A stretch of DNA of 63,455 nucleotides, filler included, from Octopus bimaculoides (lineage: Eukaryota), in the NCBI RefSeq assembly GCF_001194135.2. It is 4 parts of 4 records of this genome, joined end to end, with 100 filler letters (N's around TTAATTAATTAA, not from the genome) between each part and the next. Parts side by side here need not be neighbours in the genome. Positions count along the whole stretch, not along the records: positions 49,924 to 62,277 come from NC_068983.1; positions 62,378 to 63,455 come from NW_026387724.1; 2 more parts are not named here. The stretch is one strand, 5' to 3'. Positions within the stretch are counted from its first letter, which is position 1. Every line of letters begins with the position of its first letter. The notes beneath the pieces were generated by a model. That model worked only from the letters and a program-made list of their open reading frames with translations. It searched no databases and was not told where the DNA came from. A program made the translations under genes and the position numbers. This document shows positions 60,471 to 63,455 of the stretch, one piece after another.

Positions 60471-61065
60471 GTATGTCTGTTTAATTTACACATATGTACA
60501 ACACATGTTCATTTAGAATGCACATAAAAATGGAAATATAAATTTTAAGATTTGTGTACAAAATTAAAACATTTTTATTATGCTAAGTTTTATTCTACAA
60601 CAAAGAAAATTATATATAACTCATTAATTATCAAAACAATGCCACATACCTACTAATGCATTAATGGAGACTGCAACTTGATGTACATCAACAATTATAG
60701 TAGCATTCTTCAAGCAATACTTTGAAAATCATGTTTAGATAATACTCCTTTCAAGATAATTGAAACAAGCATGCTTACAGCTTAAGATAACATAGTAGTC
60801 CACAGTTCTTTTCAGCAACATTTAAAATGATTTCCACACTTATGTTGACACAACTGGTGTCTTAGATGTATAATGTATTTTTATCATCATTTAACTTTGA
60901 TAGAAATATATTAAGGTTCGAAGGAAAAGTATTGGTTAATTGATTTAGGAATTAACTAGAATCTATTTTACTTAGCAATATTCCAAAAGATGTTTTATAC
61001 TGCCCCATAAAATGATTTCTTTTAGAATTTATTTCCATTTTAATCTTTGGTGTCTTCTTTTTTTC

Positions 61066-61121
<56 letters not shown>

Positions 61122-62245
61122 GCACGCACACAAGCACGCACACACACACACACTCACATTTATATAGAACTCTTTCATTCAGATAAACAAGTTTACATAG
61201 GTTGTTAAAAGTTCTAGATTTTGACAAAGTAAGAACTATGTCTTCAGAATTTATTTTGATTTTTTTGTTGCAGGTTTGATACAATTTTAACATTAATAAA
61301 ATTTTTCCACAAGATTCTACACAGGAAGTGGTTGTTCAGTATAAAGATAAATTACAAATGCAAGGAAACTCATAGAGCATTACATTTTGCATTCATTCTG
61401 GTGCAACCAGACAACTACTATCACAAAAATTAACTCTATCTCATCAATCATAATCAAAAGAAAAGTGAATAAAACACTTAGTGTATTATTAAAATGAGTA
61501 AGGTAACAGGTAACAGGAAAAAAGCAGTTTTTAACTTATATACATGTTAAAGTCATTCATTAAATAAAAACATGGAAATTTTCTTCGTAGAATACATTTA
61601 TATGTAAATAGAAATATATGGACCTTGACATTATATTTACTAAGCTATGTAGTTAGATAGTAGCACATTGGAACTACTTTCTTCCAATATGCTACATATA
61701 TCAGTTATATATGTAGCAAATTGTTTATTTGCTATATAAACCTGGTTTGTGAATTTCAAATTTCAGATGACAGTCTATTTGCAATTATTTTATTTATTTA
61801 TTTTTTTTTTCATTTTACATGTGAAGAGAAAATGGTTAGATGTTCTCTATGTGAAAAAACTTTTAAAACCAAAATAGGTTTTCTTTTACATTTTCTTCTT
61901 AGTAATGTTAATAAAAGCTGTGAAAAATAATTAGTTTTCATGCAAGATGCAACTCAATCCTCCAGCATTATAATATATCCTACATATTATTCTTGCTGGA
62001 GGTAAAATAGTATACATCAATTTGCACTTTACTAATGCTTTTGACAAAGTCAGCATTCATCTCTGTCATGAATTGATCAATTTTAGTAAAAGAAGGATTG
62101 CAGCTTTATTTCTGTTTAGAGAAAAAGGTTATGTAACCCTTTCTTCACGTAGATAATAACTCATAAATATTAATGCAAAATGTTAAGGAAATTCTCTCTC
62201 ACTCTCTTACTTTCTGTCTAGCTATACATACATGCATACATACCT

Positions 62246-62277
<32 letters not shown>

Positions 62278-62377
62278 NNNNNNNNNNNNNNNNNNNNNNN
62301 NNNNNNNNNNNNNNNNNNNNNTTAATTAATTAANNNNNNNNNNNNNNNNNNNNNNNNNNNNNNNNNNNNNNNNNNNN

Positions 62378-62754
62378 AATTTCAACCAACCACTGACAAG
62401 TATTCAGTTGTTTATATTTACTCCTTTGACTGATTAAGCCATAGCTTCGTTTTATTTGCTTTTTTCATTTTAAATTTGCTGTTTTACTCTAACCCTAACC
62501 CTATCACCGATAGAATTGTTTCAGAATCGTTTGTTTATGTAGTCGGCACTTAATGTATATCGGCTGAATGGACGTCAGTGATTGGTTGAAATTACAAAAA
62601 TACGACAACTTTAACATGGAATAACTTAGGGATTTCTTTTTTTTTTAAGGAGACTAAGAGAAAAAGATGTTTTATATGACACATTCTACCAGTGTTCCAA
62701 GTTTCAAAGTGTTTCGTTAATGAAAAATGTGGCCCCCGTTTAAAAAAAAGATCC
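62378..62754. mobile_element. Second copy of the GG-terminal MITE (right part; left end in gap)
   Basis: Near-identical to about 21345-21868, including ctaaccctaaccct and the right TIR tgtggcccccgtttaaaaaaaagatcc. It lacks the (TTAGGG) arm and the adjoining block. Confidence 0.9.
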
Positions 62755-62819
62755 ACATTTAGTACACACGCACTAACAAACACATTACACAATATGCATA
62801 CATATCTATAAATATTTAG

Positions 62820-62988
62820 TGGCATTCGCCTGTGTTTACTTTCTGGGTTCAAATCAAACCGAGATCGAATTTGCCTCTTATTCTTCCGGGGAGTGATAAA
62901 AGGAGTACTAGTCGAACAGTGGGGGCCAATGTAATCGACTTATCTCTCACCTGAATTACTGGTCTTGTGCCAAAATTTGAAATTTTGT
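62820..62988 (+). mobile_element. SINE family B, degenerate and 5'-truncated
   Basis: ctgggttcaaatc...gatgtaatcgact-like segment...gtcttgtgccaaaatttgaaa. Confidence 0.65.
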
Positions 62989-63171
62989 TAGGGTCGAGAT
63001 CCGCCCATCCGTTTATATATCGTATACAGACCCTACCGCATATATCCATGCATATACGGACATGTCCAAAAACTTACATATACACGTACACTATCACATC
63101 AATATACACATACATATAGATATGCATGTATATTAAATTATATACCCATGCTAATGATCCACAGTGAGTTA

Positions 63172-63407
63172 CAGATCCAACATAGGGAAAATTCCGGGTC
63201 AATGAGAGGCTCAAAATACATTCCACATCTTGGTATTTTCCTGTATCAAATTTTGAATTTTTCAATTCACCCGAAGAATATATTTCTTTTTCTTCATGAT
63301 GTAATCAATAAAAAATAAAACCAGCCTGAAGCAGCTGTAGAGAACCTTAAACCTTTTGTGTTCGATCTTTATATAAACACCTCTCCTGGAATCTTCCCTA
63401 TGTTGGA

Positions 63408-63411
<4 letters not shown>
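63172..63411. mobile_element. 240-bp element with 27-bp terminal inverted repeats and a hammerhead-like relic
   Basis: CAGATCCAACATAGGGAAAATTCCGGG ... CCTGGAATCTTCCCTATGTTGGATCTG; internal TTCTTC-ATGATGT...GAAG-CAGCTG-TA-GAGAA. Confidence 0.7.
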
Positions 63412-63444
<33 letters not shown>

Positions 63445-63455
63445 TCCTTTATTCA

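Noticed and set aside
61841-61891. C2H2 zinc-finger-like CSLCEKTFKTKIGFLLH
   Set aside because: The second His and TGEKP linker are absent and there are no neighbouring fingers; likely chance in AT-rich DNA.

Overview
Repeat-saturated, gap-rich (N-run) animal genomic window. The SINE families and microsatellite load suggest an octopod cephalopod (Octopus-like; inference, not verified). No intact or recognisable cellular protein-coding gene was found, and most listed ORFs are microsatellite or gap artefacts. Supported content: decayed non-LTR retrotransposons (three R4/Dong-type fragments, one Tx1/L1-type, one CR1/L2-type 3' end, two Penelope GIY-YIG remnants), DNA-transposon remnants and MITEs (mariner, Tigger/pogo, Tc1-type, hAT-like, and an 8-bp-TSD GG-terminal MITE carrying telomeric repeats), dozens of SINE copies from about four families, and one decayed intron-containing tRNA-Lys(UUU) gene. 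The most notable signal is a type I hammerhead ribozyme with a canonical core at 34730-34836. It lies inside a 143-bp-arm fold-back whose other arm is a truncated antisense copy, and two further fold-backs carry decayed hammerhead cores. A few possible exons are noted but unproven. Many repeat boundaries are approximate.
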